Part shown: one piece after another, positions 12,378 through 24,200 of the stretch
How positions within the stretch are numbered: position 1 is the stretch's first letter
Layout: every line of letters starts with the position of its first letter
NCBI GenBank assembly: GCA_950097015.1
Contig: CATNEN010000039.1
Location: 5,518,001 to 5,582,000 of the forward strand
DNA: 64,000 nt
Reading direction: 5' to 3'
Origin: Macrostomum hystrix
Lineage: Eukaryota; Animalia; Platyhelminthes
The notes under the pieces: model-generated
Databases searched by the model: none
The model's input: the letters and a program-made list of their open reading frames with translations, nothing else
Told to the model about the DNA's origin: nothing
Position numbers and translations under genes: made by a program

Positions 12378-14167
12378 TGTGATATTTTGACTTAGGTCTC
12401 TCTTTGCGTTGATATCCCTAAATGAGGTCGGGTGTCCTACTCTTTGCGAGAGACTCTATTGCCGTAACTTGAAAATAACGAATACAAGACGATTCAGGAT
12501 TCCAAGCTAAACAACTGATATTTAAGTGTTAATTAGTTAACAAGAAAAAGCTATGAATGATTAATTCCCCTGGCAGCGCTCCTTCCGTTCCTTGCCAGGT
12601 ACTGTACTTGATTAAATATTAAACTCACAATACGCACTGGTAAATTACTAACAAAATCTCGATAGCCTCAACACAAGAACACGCGAACTCTACTCGAAAA
12701 TGCTCTGGACACCAACAAGAACTCACGAAAATAACACGACAATTGACACAAATAACTCCTAGACAAACAGACAGTCCCTATGACAAAACAAGACAAATAA
12801 CACAAAACCTAACCCAAAGTCCCTAGTCTGAAATCGAGGCGACCAGCAAGCACTTCCGCACTATGGCACAACGATAGTTCTATCGTGCCACTTACTTACT
12901 TACTTACTTACTTTGCAGGGGGGCCTGGGGCACTTGACGCACAAACACAGGAACGGCATGCCCCCAGGCCGGCGAACTAGGCGAAAGCCGCCCATCGCGC
13001 CGCCTCCCCTGAGCAGGCACCTCACACACACAGCAGCAAGCCAAGCGGGGAAGGGGGCGGCAGCCGGAGTGCCTCTCACCCCAGGCCCGCACACGCACAG
13101 AGCAGACCAAGCCGGGGCGGAAGGCTGATAGAAATCAGTCCTCAGGGGGGGGCGGGTGACGAGTGTACACTTTATCCAATCGCGCTGACGGAAATCCAGA
13201 TGAGCGCGCGGCGGTGTACACCCGCCCCCCAGCCACCCCCCCGCAAGGTCTAACGCCCCAGCGCCAACGCACAAACTCAAACAACGCAGAACAGGCACAC
13301 AGAAGGTAGGAGCGAAGCTATTTTTCAAGCTTTGATTGCACGAAATAAGGTGCACCTCCGCCGGTCGCTACTGTCCAAACCCCCCCCCAACAAGTACCGA
13401 AATTAATCGTGACCTGAAGGGTGAATCGAACTAGCGTCCTTTGGAGTGCGAGGCAGCGACGTTAGCCGCTGACCCCCCTCGCCCCTTCTATCGTGCCACA
13501 CCTAATGTCAATTCGACGGCGTCCCACCGATGATTGTCGGCGATAAGGAGAGTACTTCCGTGCTTGTCAATCCCTGTCTAACACTCCGTCAGCAGTTGGC
13601 CAGACGTGCCGAGCTCAGCGCAAGCTATACTTACTGACGTGGGATTGAGTGTGGGGTTTTCTTCGACTAGCTAGTTGGACCGGTTTACCTGTCCCGGTAT
13701 CTATTACTAGGATGCGTAGCAACGATGGCAACGAAAGACACACGAAAATACACACGACGATATAAGCAAAATGACAACGCAATAGTCAGTTATATAGTCA
13801 AGCGCCCGCCCCAACCCTCATCAAAGCCTGGGTGCCGGCCGCGCCGCTTGTTCTTCTGCCAGGTCGACCTTGCCGGTTAACGAACTGGCTGCTGATTGGC
13901 CCGGCCCGGGGTATCGCGCTTAAGTCGGGTCGCATCAAATTGGCTAGCCGTCCTCCTATTGGCTGGGCCCATCAGACCGGGGTTAGTCCGATGCCTTGGC
14001 TGTAGAGCAGGGTGACCGGCCGATCGCGTGCGTAGGCCTGGCTGGGCGCGCATGTACAAAAACAACCCTATGTCATACATTAAAATAATTCATTAAAATT
14101 GAGTGCGCGAATATGTTACTTCAAGTAGAAACTTCAAGCATTATAAAATAAACATGCCGACACTACA
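12378..14167 (-). mobile_element. Solo LTR B, copy 1 (about 1.2 kb plus a SINE insertion)
   Basis: TG...CA ends with 4-bp TSD attg. Highly similar second copy at 52081-56440. Minus-strand CCAAT boxes, GC box and TATA (ctatataa near 13790). Confidence 0.85.
12892..13485 (-). mobile_element. tRNA-derived SINE (594 bp) with (GTAA)n tail inserted in LTR B1
   Basis: 14-bp TSD ttctatcgtgccac (12878-91, 13486-99); the site is empty in LTR copy 2. Head ggggcgaggggggtcagcggctaacg...GTTCGATTC has Pol III A/B-box-like motifs. 3' (gtaa)n tail. Confidence 0.88.
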
Positions 14168-14729
14168 ATTGACTCACAGTGGGAATGGTAGAAAAAATGT
14201 AATTTCATAACCGTCTCAAAATAATATATCCATCTAGAGTTGAATCTAAAGCGCAGAATACAAAATAGACTAAATATTAAGCTACTCTAACAATAAACAT
14301 TAAAGAATTAGATAAAAGGATTGCTTCAGCTCACGAAGCAGATACAAACTGAAGCGAACGATTCATAAAAAAGCTACATGTGTTTTTTACTTTGAGAAGA
14401 AAAATATAATCGCCCATTTTTCGTGTTGCTAAAAGTTTATTTTTAAGATTTTAACAATGATGTTAAATTAACAAACAACAAAAACTTATGGCGATTCTTT
14501 TTAGAAAATACTATCGATCAATAGCCGAACAAATAAAATGCCTCGTAGTTCAAAAAAAGCTGTGCTACCAACCGACATTAAACAAAAAAATATAAAAACA
14601 TTTGTAAATTGTAAATATATCTAGTACTTTCCGTTTTACATGGCAAGTTACCTATAGTTTAGGGCGTAGTTTATTAACCGATTTGTGTGAAAGTAGACGC
14701 ACACAAGAATGTGGTGAGCTATTCTAAAC

Positions 14730-17534
14730 CTAAACGGTTCCATCAATCCGAGCCCGGTTCAGACTGGCCTCTACAAGTGGTTGCATCTCCAGCTGGTTTC
14801 CATCAGTTTCCCTGCGACCGGCACTGCCTGATGCGGCAGCGATAGGAGGGATTGTGTTTGGCCGGCGCTTCAGTACCCCCAAAATCTGCCCACGAAAACT
14901 CTCACTAAATTTGAAAAATATAGCGAAGCTCGCCACACTATCCAGGGTGACGAGCAGGTCGTTTATCAGCACGACCCAGTCAGGGAACTTCTTGTACAGA
15001 TCGAAAATGATGAATATTGCACCCGGTGCCTCTAAGATTGTGAAGGAGATCGAAAGCAGCATCACAATCAGTGTCACTTTGCGCCAGAGTAGGTCAGCTG
15101 CCACAGAGGCACTGCCGTTGGCTAAAATTTCAGTGGCGGCGGGCGCGTGCGCAATCGCAGACTCATTTGATGCAGGTTGTTTTGCGGCGACTTCGTCTAT
15201 TAGATTTTCAGCTGCGGCAGGTTCTTGGACTACATCATTATTTCTATCATCGAGAGCTTCGTTAACCTCGATTTCATTTGCAACTTCTTTACGAGCATTA
15301 CCCTCGTTAACGAGGCCGATTGTGTCCTCAGTCGCCGCTCCAGTGACGTCATCGGCCTGGGCAGCAGCTCCTTTGATATCATCGACTGAGGCAGCAGTAG
15401 CTTCGTTGACATTATTGACAGCAGCAGTAGCTTCGTTGACAACATTGACTACAGCAGTAGCTTCGTTGACATCATTGACTAAAGCAGTAGCTTCATAGAC
15501 ATCATTGACAGCAGCAGTAGCTTCGTTGACATGATTGACTACAGCAGTAGCTTCGTTGACATGATTGACTACAGCAGTAGCTTCGTTGACAACATTGACT
15601 ACAGCAGTAGCTTCGTTGACATCATTGACTACAGCAGTAGCTTCGTTGACATCATTGACTACAGCAGTAGCTTCGTTGACATCATTGACTACAGCAGTAG
15701 CTTCGTTGACATCATTGACTACAGCAGTAGCTTCGTTGACATCATTGACTACAGCAGTAGCTTCGTTGACATCATTGACCGTAGCAGTAGCTTCGTTGAC
15801 AACATTGACTACAGCAGTAACTTCGTCGACATCATTGACCGCAGCAGTAGCTTCGTTGACATCATTGACAACAGCCGTCACTTCAATGACATGATTGACC
15901 GCAGCAGTAGCTTCGTTGACATCATTGACCGCAGCAGTAGCTTCGTTGACATCATTGACTACAGCAGTAGCTTCGTTGACATCATTGACCGTAGCAGTAG
16001 CTTCGTTGACAACATTGACTACAGCAGTAACTTCGTCGACATCATTGACCGCAGCAGTAGCTTCGTTGACATCATTGACAACAGCCGTCACTTCAATGAC
16101 ATGATTGACCGCAGCAGTAGCTTCGTTGACATCATTGACCGCAGCAGTAGCTTCGTTGACATCATTGACAACAGCAGTCGCTTCGTTGACATGATTGACC
16201 GCAGCAGTAGCTTCGTTGGCATCATTGACCGCAGCAGTAGCTTCGTTCGTTTCTGCAGCAGCGATGGCCTCGGCGGCAGAGTTATTTCTGCTTCTAAAGA
16301 GATGAGCAGCGGTCCAAAATGAGGCAAGGAGAATGAAAGGCACCGGCACATAAGTCTGCAGTATTCTCAGCAGTCGCAGCAAGTTGACTGCCAGCTGGCT
16401 GTCAACTTTGTCATCAGCCGAGATGTGCGAAGCTACAAACGCACCGAAGGTGGTGGCTGCTGAGATCAGCATTAGGACAGTGAAGGTGTTCAGCTGAATA
16501 CGGCAGGTCAGCCAGCTGCGGAACTGTATGGGCTGCAGGATCGCCACGCAGCGGAACCCGGTCATACAGGCGGTCCACAGGTTCTTCAGGACCAAGCAGA
16601 ATGTCATCCAGTAGAAGTAGAACTGCAGATTTGGGTTCAGTTTGAATTTGACAGCACAAATTTACTTAGCTTTGTTTTTTAACTCAATTGCTGCATTGTG
16701 TGCTTTCCTCGAATGGAAATCGGTATTTAAATATCTGTCAACCAGTTCCTTACTAATAATAGTTTAATGGACAGGGGCTGTGGGCCCTGGCGCATTACTT
16801 GAAGACAGTATACCAGCCAGTGAGGAAGCAGTTCCGCTGAACTCCTGAGCACACAGGCACACAGATACTGTACGACGCAATCAGCACGTCGCGCACAGCA
16901 CGTGTGCCTCGTACGCAGGCGCACACTCACAAAGGTGTGCACATCAGCCCTTGGCTTTCTTATCTTCAGGCAGAAGACACTCTTCTGTGCCTTGGGGGTT
17001 GGCCCTTAAGGGCGTAAACTCTATGAAAAAGCCCCAAGCCTTATCTCCTCGATTGCGGCCCAAATGATAAAAGGACGTGGCCTCGCCACGGATTCGAACT
17101 AAGGGACTTTTGGTGCGATAGTCGGATGAATTGTCGCTTCGTTGCGTTGGCGGTTCACAAATGAATTCTAAATAAATCAAACGCAGAAAAATGCATGCAA
17201 TGAGAATAACTCCAACCACAGCACTCACTCTGAACACCTTGTTCAGCAGGGAGTCTCGATCGTACGTCTGCGACCCTTCTATCAGCGCTACATCAAGCGA
17301 GATATAGCCAATCAGGCTCAGGCAGTAGTTCACGAGAGTCGCCTGCCAGATGATGAGGCCCACGTCAAAAGCCTCCTTGCCGCGGCGATACTTGCGAACC
17401 AGAGCAGCCAGCGACAGGCAGCCGAGGAACAAGCCGATCAGCGCTACCGGAAGAGTGCACAGCCGCAGCTTGGTATACGCGCCTGTAGCGCCATTGGGGG
17501 TGCCATCGCTGCTGATTTCAGTGTCATTGCCCAT
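14730..17534 (-). CDS. Class A (rhodopsin-like, peptide/Srw-type) GPCR, 2 exons (17534-17229, 16622-14730), 732 aa, with a repeat-expanded third intracellular loop
   Basis: Phase-0 junction AGA|GTGAGT...CTGCAG|TTC. Seven hydrophobic segments. N-terminal NDT sequon. TM3 end MTGFRCVAILQP (DRY-equivalent), TM6 FTILEAP, TM7/helix 8 LDSVASFAIFFKFSESFR. Confidence 0.85.
15390..16250 (-). repeat. 30-bp coding minisatellite (about 28-29 x VNDVNEATAV) in the GPCR loop
   Basis: In-frame tandem array containing a duplicated 210-bp higher-order block. Confidence 0.95.
16755..17155 (-). mobile_element. Degenerate tRNA-derived SINE (family 2) in the GPCR intron; boundaries approximate
   Basis: B-box GTTCGAATCC at 17099-17090. 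Body similar to 50130-50491 (ctcctgagcacaca, cacactcaca.aggtgtg, gccttgg..gttggccct, tggcctcgcc.cgga). Confidence 0.65.
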
Positions 17535-18499
17535 GCTGGTGCTGTAGCTGGCTATTGGTAATGCTCTCGGACAAAAAAAATTAAAAAAATCTCAGCAGTC
17601 GAATAAAAAAATGCAAAGACTTTATTTTCAAAATTATAGGGGATAAAGCCCCGCAATTGGTTAGATTATTTTTTGACAATCCTACTGGCAATTAGCAACT
17701 CCTAAAGCGTGTGACGTGTTACCCCTTTAGGCAGGGATGTTCAGCTAATTCGCTGATGCAGCCAGCGTCAATCAGACAGGCGATTGGAATTGAATGTGCT
17801 GTTGCTAACGCCCACGGCTGCTGCAGGCGCGACCTCGACTGGTGTGTAGGAGATCGAAGGAAAAACACGGAGAGGGAGGGACGACTCCGGCCAAGCTGAA
17901 GCTTCTGAGCTCAGTGGCCCAGAAATGAGCCAGCTCGATCTTCATTTTTTCCAACGTATTCAAAATCCCATGAATGCAAACCGGGATTATCACCTGCGAT
18001 TAAAAAAATGAGAAACGCAAATAAGCGCCACCTTTCGTGCGCATTTGTGAAGCGCAAAGACCTACCGGAAAAATATGCCTTCAATGTCAATGCATTAAAA
18101 CGTTGTTATTGATCATTACATATTATAATATCGAATATGACATGCACTTGGGGCTGTAAATTAATCATGCGCCATTTTCATTTTCAATTAAATACAAGCT
18201 TTTGTTCGTATCATAAATAAGAACAAGAGACAGTCGGCACAATTTGATTTTGATATAATGATGTACTGTGGGAAAGTGTTTTACTTTTAATTAAAACAGA
18301 ACAAACTAATTCGGACGTTAACCTACTCCTAAAAGCTCACCAGTGAAATGGACCCGGTAGGCAGATAAAATCCAGCTGCAAGACAGACAAGCTAAAGGAC
18401 CAATACTTTTCTGCAACGATACTTAAGTATATAAATATAGACGCAAATATTAAGTTAGGCGCTTTGCGCGCACGCGCTCGCAGAAAAGACGAGATGGAC

Positions 18500-21254
18500 A
18501 GTTTGTGGCAGATTGAGGTCAGGCAGATTGTGTCAGATTAATGTCTTGCAGGTCAGACTCCAGCGTGGCGGTCAGCGTTGTGGTCCGGCCTTGGCCCCGT
18601 CGGAGACGCTCAGTCGGCTGGTGCAGCAGGGTGAGCGCCAGCGGCTTTTGCTCCCCTCAGCCCAGCTGCGGAGGCAGTGGCCGACAAGCATCAGCCGGCG
18701 CCGCTGGAGGGTGGCACTGAGCTGAGGTACACAGGCTCGCGCCATCAGCAGGCAGCCGCTCTGTGTACTTAATGCCGAGGGTGAACCGCAGCAGCGATCG
18801 GTTGGCAGCGTCAAGGGCCCGAGACCTCGAGTCAGTCATCGTCACTGCCTCCAGTCCGTGCAGACGAATTGGCTCTACGGCAGCGCGAAATAGGCGCATC
18901 TTCAGGTCATCATTGGCAGCGGAGCTGAAAACCTCCCTGAGGAGATGTGCCGCTCGCCAGGCCTGCGACCTCCGGTCAGCGATGATGGAGTCAGGACTCA
19001 GCACGAGGAAGCCCAGGTACCGGAAGTCTTGGCAGACCATCTGGCAGGGTCAGAATTGGTGCTGTATCGGTGCCCACGTGCAGCACCTCGGTCTTTCGCG
19101 CGTTGATTTGCAGTCCGACTCGAGCGCTCTCCTCACAGAGCCTTGAAAGCGCTCTCTGGGCGGCAGCCGGACTCGTCGGCGGACGCGAGAAAAGGCAGAC
19201 GGACAGCGCCGTGGCGGGAGCTCCGGCGTGGCACCAGCAGGTAGCTGTCATCCTCTGTGAGGCTTCGGCGCGGCACGAAGTCGACGACAAGGATGAAGAG
19301 CAGTGGGGGACAGCGTGTCACATTGGAGAACTCCGGAGCTTGTGCAGAATTACTCAGTTGGGCCATCGCTGGTTCGGACAAAGGCTTTGCTGTCTTTGTT
19401 GAGGTCCATCACTGCAGAGATGAGAGGACGCCATAGACGCTGGAGCAGCCATGCGATCGCATGCCGGCACACTGAGTCAAAAGCTTTACGGAAATCCACA
19501 AAGACAATTGACTCTCTGGTGAGTTTTAAAGGCCTCGACGACTGCTCAGAGGGCTTCAATCTGCTCTGTTGTCGAGCGGCCGGGCCTGAAGCCACTTTGG
19601 AGGCTCAGAAGAAGTTGGTTAAGGCCAGGCAGCTGCCTGGTGCGCAGTCCAGCATTGAGCAGCTTTGCTGGAGTGCATTCTAGTGCAATGCCACGTTGGT
19701 TGTTTAGACTGGTGGATGCGCCCTTCTTGGGGATGGAGACGATCTTAGAGGTGCGCCAGCTGTCAGCAGCAGAAGCAGTGCCGACAGTGCTTTTTGAGCA
19801 CGGTGGTGATGGCCTGCGTCAGCTCCGGCAGTTTGAGCACCCTGCGGATTGACATCCAGTCCGGCGGCAGCATCGGCGCACATGGTCTTGAGCACTCGGT
19901 TCAACTCGTTGGCAGTTAGCGAGCCCGTGTTGAAAGTCGAGGGCTCAGTCGGGGTGAAGCTTTCGTTCGGCAGCAAATCAGCGGAGGGCGGTGGAGCATT
20001 GAGCTCATTGCGGTAGTGCGTGGCCAGCAGGGCTTTGCGATGCTGAATAGACTCAGCACCTAACAATGGCATTGGCCCCCTTATTCCTGCCAGTCGGTTG
20101 ATGGCGCGCCAGGCCGCTGTGTGTCGGCAGTTGTCTGTTGCTTGTTGAATTTCAGCAACGGCCTCATGGACAAAGGCTTCGGCCCTCTGCGCAGACGTGT
20201 CACGCAGTTGGGCCCGGGCTTTTTCGGCTCACTGTCTTGGCCAAGTACTGCGGCTATTCTTTGCACGTGGCGCCTAGCGATGGAAATCTCCTCGTCATTG
20301 TCTCAGAGGGCTTTCGGCTAGTGCGGTGTTAGCTTTGGTAGAGTCGACGCAGCTTCCTCAACAGCTCTGGTGAAGGCGTCCGCCGATTCACACAGGGCTG
20401 GAGTAGCAGTCTGGAGGTTCGCAAATTTTCAATAAAAAGTGTCTGGGTTTCTCAGATCTGCCCAGAGAGGCTGCGGTGGGCCAGCTTTAAAATTTTGCCA
20501 TCCCTGCCGATGACGCAGGCCAGCATGCAGAGAATGGTCAGACCTCACGGAGTATTGATTACTCTGCGCAGTCGAGACCTGAGGGCCGATGGGCAGAAGA
20601 TCCAGTCCAGCCTGGTGGCCCGTCCATTGGGGCCAAAGAAGGTGGGCAGCCTGTTGTACCGCTGCCGCATGACACCATTGGCTGCAATCAGGTCTTGAGT
20701 TGGTGTTGGCGGAGCCGCAATTGTTCTTCAAGTGGACAGCGGCGCGTTGAAATCTCCAGCCACAAAAAGCAGTTCGTGATCAGGAACTGAGCCGATAAGT
20801 GACCCAAGGTGGTCATTTCATTGACTGAGTCTCGGAAGGGTCGGTAGATGTCCACGCGGCTGTGGGGGCGTAGACGCAGATTACATGAAGGCGCCTGTCC
20901 TTTGCGGCAAAAGATGCAATGCCAAGGCGGTCGTTTGGAAATCTGACATTCAGATGGGTCCTTGAAGCACCAGGCCAGAGCAGAAACCCGATGTCTCCAG
21001 AGCTGAGCTGAGGCCGGGGTGGCTCGGAACTGCCAGCCAAGGCCTAGGTCAGCGCAATCATCGGTGCTCCTTCGGTGTTCTTGGAGAACCAAGAGTGGAA
21101 ATTTTCGTGTTCTTTGCCAACTTGGTTAGTTCGTGCAGTCTCCAGGGGGCAGTGAGCGCTCGTGCATTGAAAGTAGCGACTCATGTGCAGTGATCAAGTT
21201 GGATTTGACTTCCTTCGGTTGTCTCGATTGCTCTTGCTCTGTCAAGGATGATAT
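18500..21254 (-). mobile_element. Decayed RTE-like non-LTR retrotransposon (APE endonuclease + RT), many frameshifts
   Basis: Collinear fragments VLQEHRR and VICVYAPT (endonuclease); IVFVDFRKAFDSV, PLLFILVVDF, GLQINARKTEVL, FRYLG (RT). Interrupted at 21255 by an LTR element. Confidence 0.85.
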
Positions 21255-24200
21255 TGTAATAGCTCAAGAGTCACGCTGTGTGAGGTGCGAAGAAAAAGGT
21301 GAGCCCTCCAAGTAGGGCGAGACAGTATTTATATATTTGCCTCAACGTGCAACCGACGATCAACGTGCGCGTGGGGGGCATGTACATAGTGAGCGAGAGT
21401 TAGTGATATGTACATATTAGATTGACCGGCAAAGCGATACGTGAGTGCTATTAGACTACGGCATGACAGTCCTCCTCAAGTGGATGAAAAATTAAGGGAA
21501 TAAAATGAAAGAAGTAGTAGCAGGCAACAATATAATTGTTTTTAGAACAGTCCTTGTAACTTTAGTCTGTCAATCAAGCAATTCAGCTTCTGCGCAGGTC
21601 GGGTTCTCTGTAGTTCCTCTCTGGGTCCTTCGCCCGCCGTGGGTGGAGCCGGGCTGCGACTGGCTCCGTGAGCTCAGGGGCGTCGGGAGGTTCGAGCGGC
21701 TGCTGATCGGACTGCTCAGGCTGCCCGGGCAGCCGCTTGACCTGCGTGGCGTGCCTGCGGCAGACGACGTCGTCGCGCTGCATGAGCAGGGAGTCGCCTT
21801 GCACCTCGGCCACGGTCCACGGCGCCGACTCGTAGAAGGCGTCGGTCTTTTGCCGGGGCTGCTGGCGCCTGAGGACGCGGTCGCCGGCGCGAATGCCGTG
21901 GTCGGCGGCTCTGAAGCGTCGGTCGGCGTGCCGCTTCATAGCCTCCTTGGCCTGTCTGTCGCTGTCGGCAATGGCCGCTCGAGTCGCGTCGACGGGCTGC
22001 GAGTGTCGGAGACTCGGGATCACATCGTTGATCTGCCTGCCAAATAACAGACTGGCCGGCGCGACGCCCGTGGAGCAGTGCGGAGTGCGTCTGTACGCTG
22101 CCAGGTACTCGTCCAGGGCCAGTGTCCAGTCCCTGCCTTCGACGATCGCTGCGCGGATAGCCTTGTTCAGCCCTTGATTGCACCGCTCCGTTGCGCCGTT
22201 GGCCTGAGGGTAGAGAGGCGTGATCCGATGGTGCCGTGCGCCCTGATCCATCAGGAAGCTGCTGAACTCGGCCGATGCGAAGGGTGGGCCATTGTCTGTG
22301 GTCACCTTTGTCGGCTGCCCGAAGATGCTAAACCACCGGCGTAGCACGTTGATGACGGCGGAGGCGGTGGTGCTGGCCATGACCTCCACGAGCGGGAACC
22401 TGGAGAAGTGGTCCGTACAGACGAGCAGCGACTTGCCGTTTATCGGTCCGAGGAAGTCGAGCCCCAGCTCGAGCCAGGGGCCCTCCGGCAGTTCGGTCGG
22501 CTTTAGCGGCGTGGCTTTCGGCGAGGTCTCGCTGGTGCAGGTCAGGCAGCTGGTGCAGGCTGCTACGTGCGCCTCCACGGATGCTCGCATGCCTGGCCAC
22601 CAGACCTTCGCTTGCAAGCGGTCGAGCGTTTTTTTGACGCCCTGGTGTCCCTGGTAGGCCAGCTGCATGCACCGGTATCGCAGAGTCGTCGGCATGTACA
22701 GCTGACTGCCGCGCAGCAGCAGGCCGTTCAGCTCGGATAGTTCGTGGGATACGCCATGGAGTCCCTGCAGGCACGTGTCACTCTTGTCCCATTGGTGGCC
22801 GCGGATGGCGTGTAGCGCTGCTTGTACCGTGCCGTCTCGTTCGGAGGCCGCCTTGATTGTGCCCAGGCTGATGGACACCGGAGTGGCAGCTTGGACTGCC
22901 GTGGCCACGTAGATCGCGTCCGCCTGCTCGCCGACGTTGTTTGGTGGCATTGGCAGCGGCTGGCGGCTCAGGACGTCAGACGGGTTGCCGGCGCCGGGCT
23001 GGTACACGACCCGAAAGACAAGGTCTTGCAGTCGCAGCGCCATGCGCTCAATGCGGGGTGGCGGCCGAGACCCCGTGCTGAACAGGGATATCAGCGGCTT
23101 GTGGTCGGTGATGACCTTGAAACTGCCACCCCCGCTGAGGTAGTGGTAGAACTTCAGGCCGCCGTACTTCACCGCGAGGGCCTCTCGCTCCGTCTGGGAG
23201 TAGCGCTGCTCGGTCGGGCTGAGGCTGCGGCTCGCGTATGCCACCGGCCGCGTCGATCCGTCTGGCTGGACTTGGGCAAGGATGGCGCCGACACCCGTGG
23301 GGCTGGCGTCCACGATCAGCTGAGTCTGCAGCTCACTATTGAAGAATGCCAGCGCGTGGCTGCTGGCGATCGTCTGTTTGATGTCGTTGAATGCGGCCTC
23401 TTGCTTTTCGACCCACGTCCACTCGGCGGCCTGCCTTGTCAGCTCGCGGAGTGGCCGGGCCCTGTCAGACAGGTTGCTGATGAAGCGCGCCACGAAGGTG
23501 ACGAGGCCGAGGAAGGAGCGCACCTCGCTTGCGTTGGTCGGCCGCTTGAAGTTGTTGATGGCCGCTACTTTCTCGGCGCTTGGGTGAATGCCGCATGCAG
23601 AGAGCCGCATGGCGAGAAAGTCGACCTCTGGCCGGGCGAAGCGGCACTTCTTGGGGTTCAACGTGATGTTGCTAGCCTTCAACCGGGCCAGGCAGTCTCG
23701 CAGGCGCTGGTTGTGCTCTTCAATGTTTTTCGCGTACACCAGGATGTCGTCGTGCACCCAGCGGACGCCGGGGAGGCCACTCAGGACGGAGGTCATCACC
23801 CGCTGGAGGATCTCGGAGGCGGATGTGAAGCCCATGCAGAGCCGGCGCAGCCGCAGGAGCCCGATGGGTGAGGAGAACGTTAGCAGGTCTCTAGACTCCT
23901 CGGCGACTTCAATTTGGTGGAAGGCTTTGGCGACGTCCAGCTCCGAGAAATACGTCGCGCCCGCCATCTCGTCCGTCACCTCTTCGAATGTGGGTATAGG
24001 CTGCTTCTCTGGGATGACGTACTTGTTCACCTCGCGGAGGTCCTGGGTGATGCGAACCTCGCCCTGCTCGGCCTTTGGAACTGCGACTATCCTGGAGCAC
24101 CAGGCTGTTGGACCACGCACTCGTTCGACGATTCCCAGTGCCAGTTGATCTTCCAGCTCCTTGATTACAGCATTCCTTAGGTGAACGGGCACTCGGGATG

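Noticed and set aside
14854-16322. Plus-strand ORFs with TTAVASLTSL and IIDYSSSFVD repeats
   Set aside because: Antisense shadows of the GPCR coding repeat.
16944-17228. C-terminal half of the 196-aa ORF
   Set aside because: Intron/SINE sequence beyond the donor at 17228.
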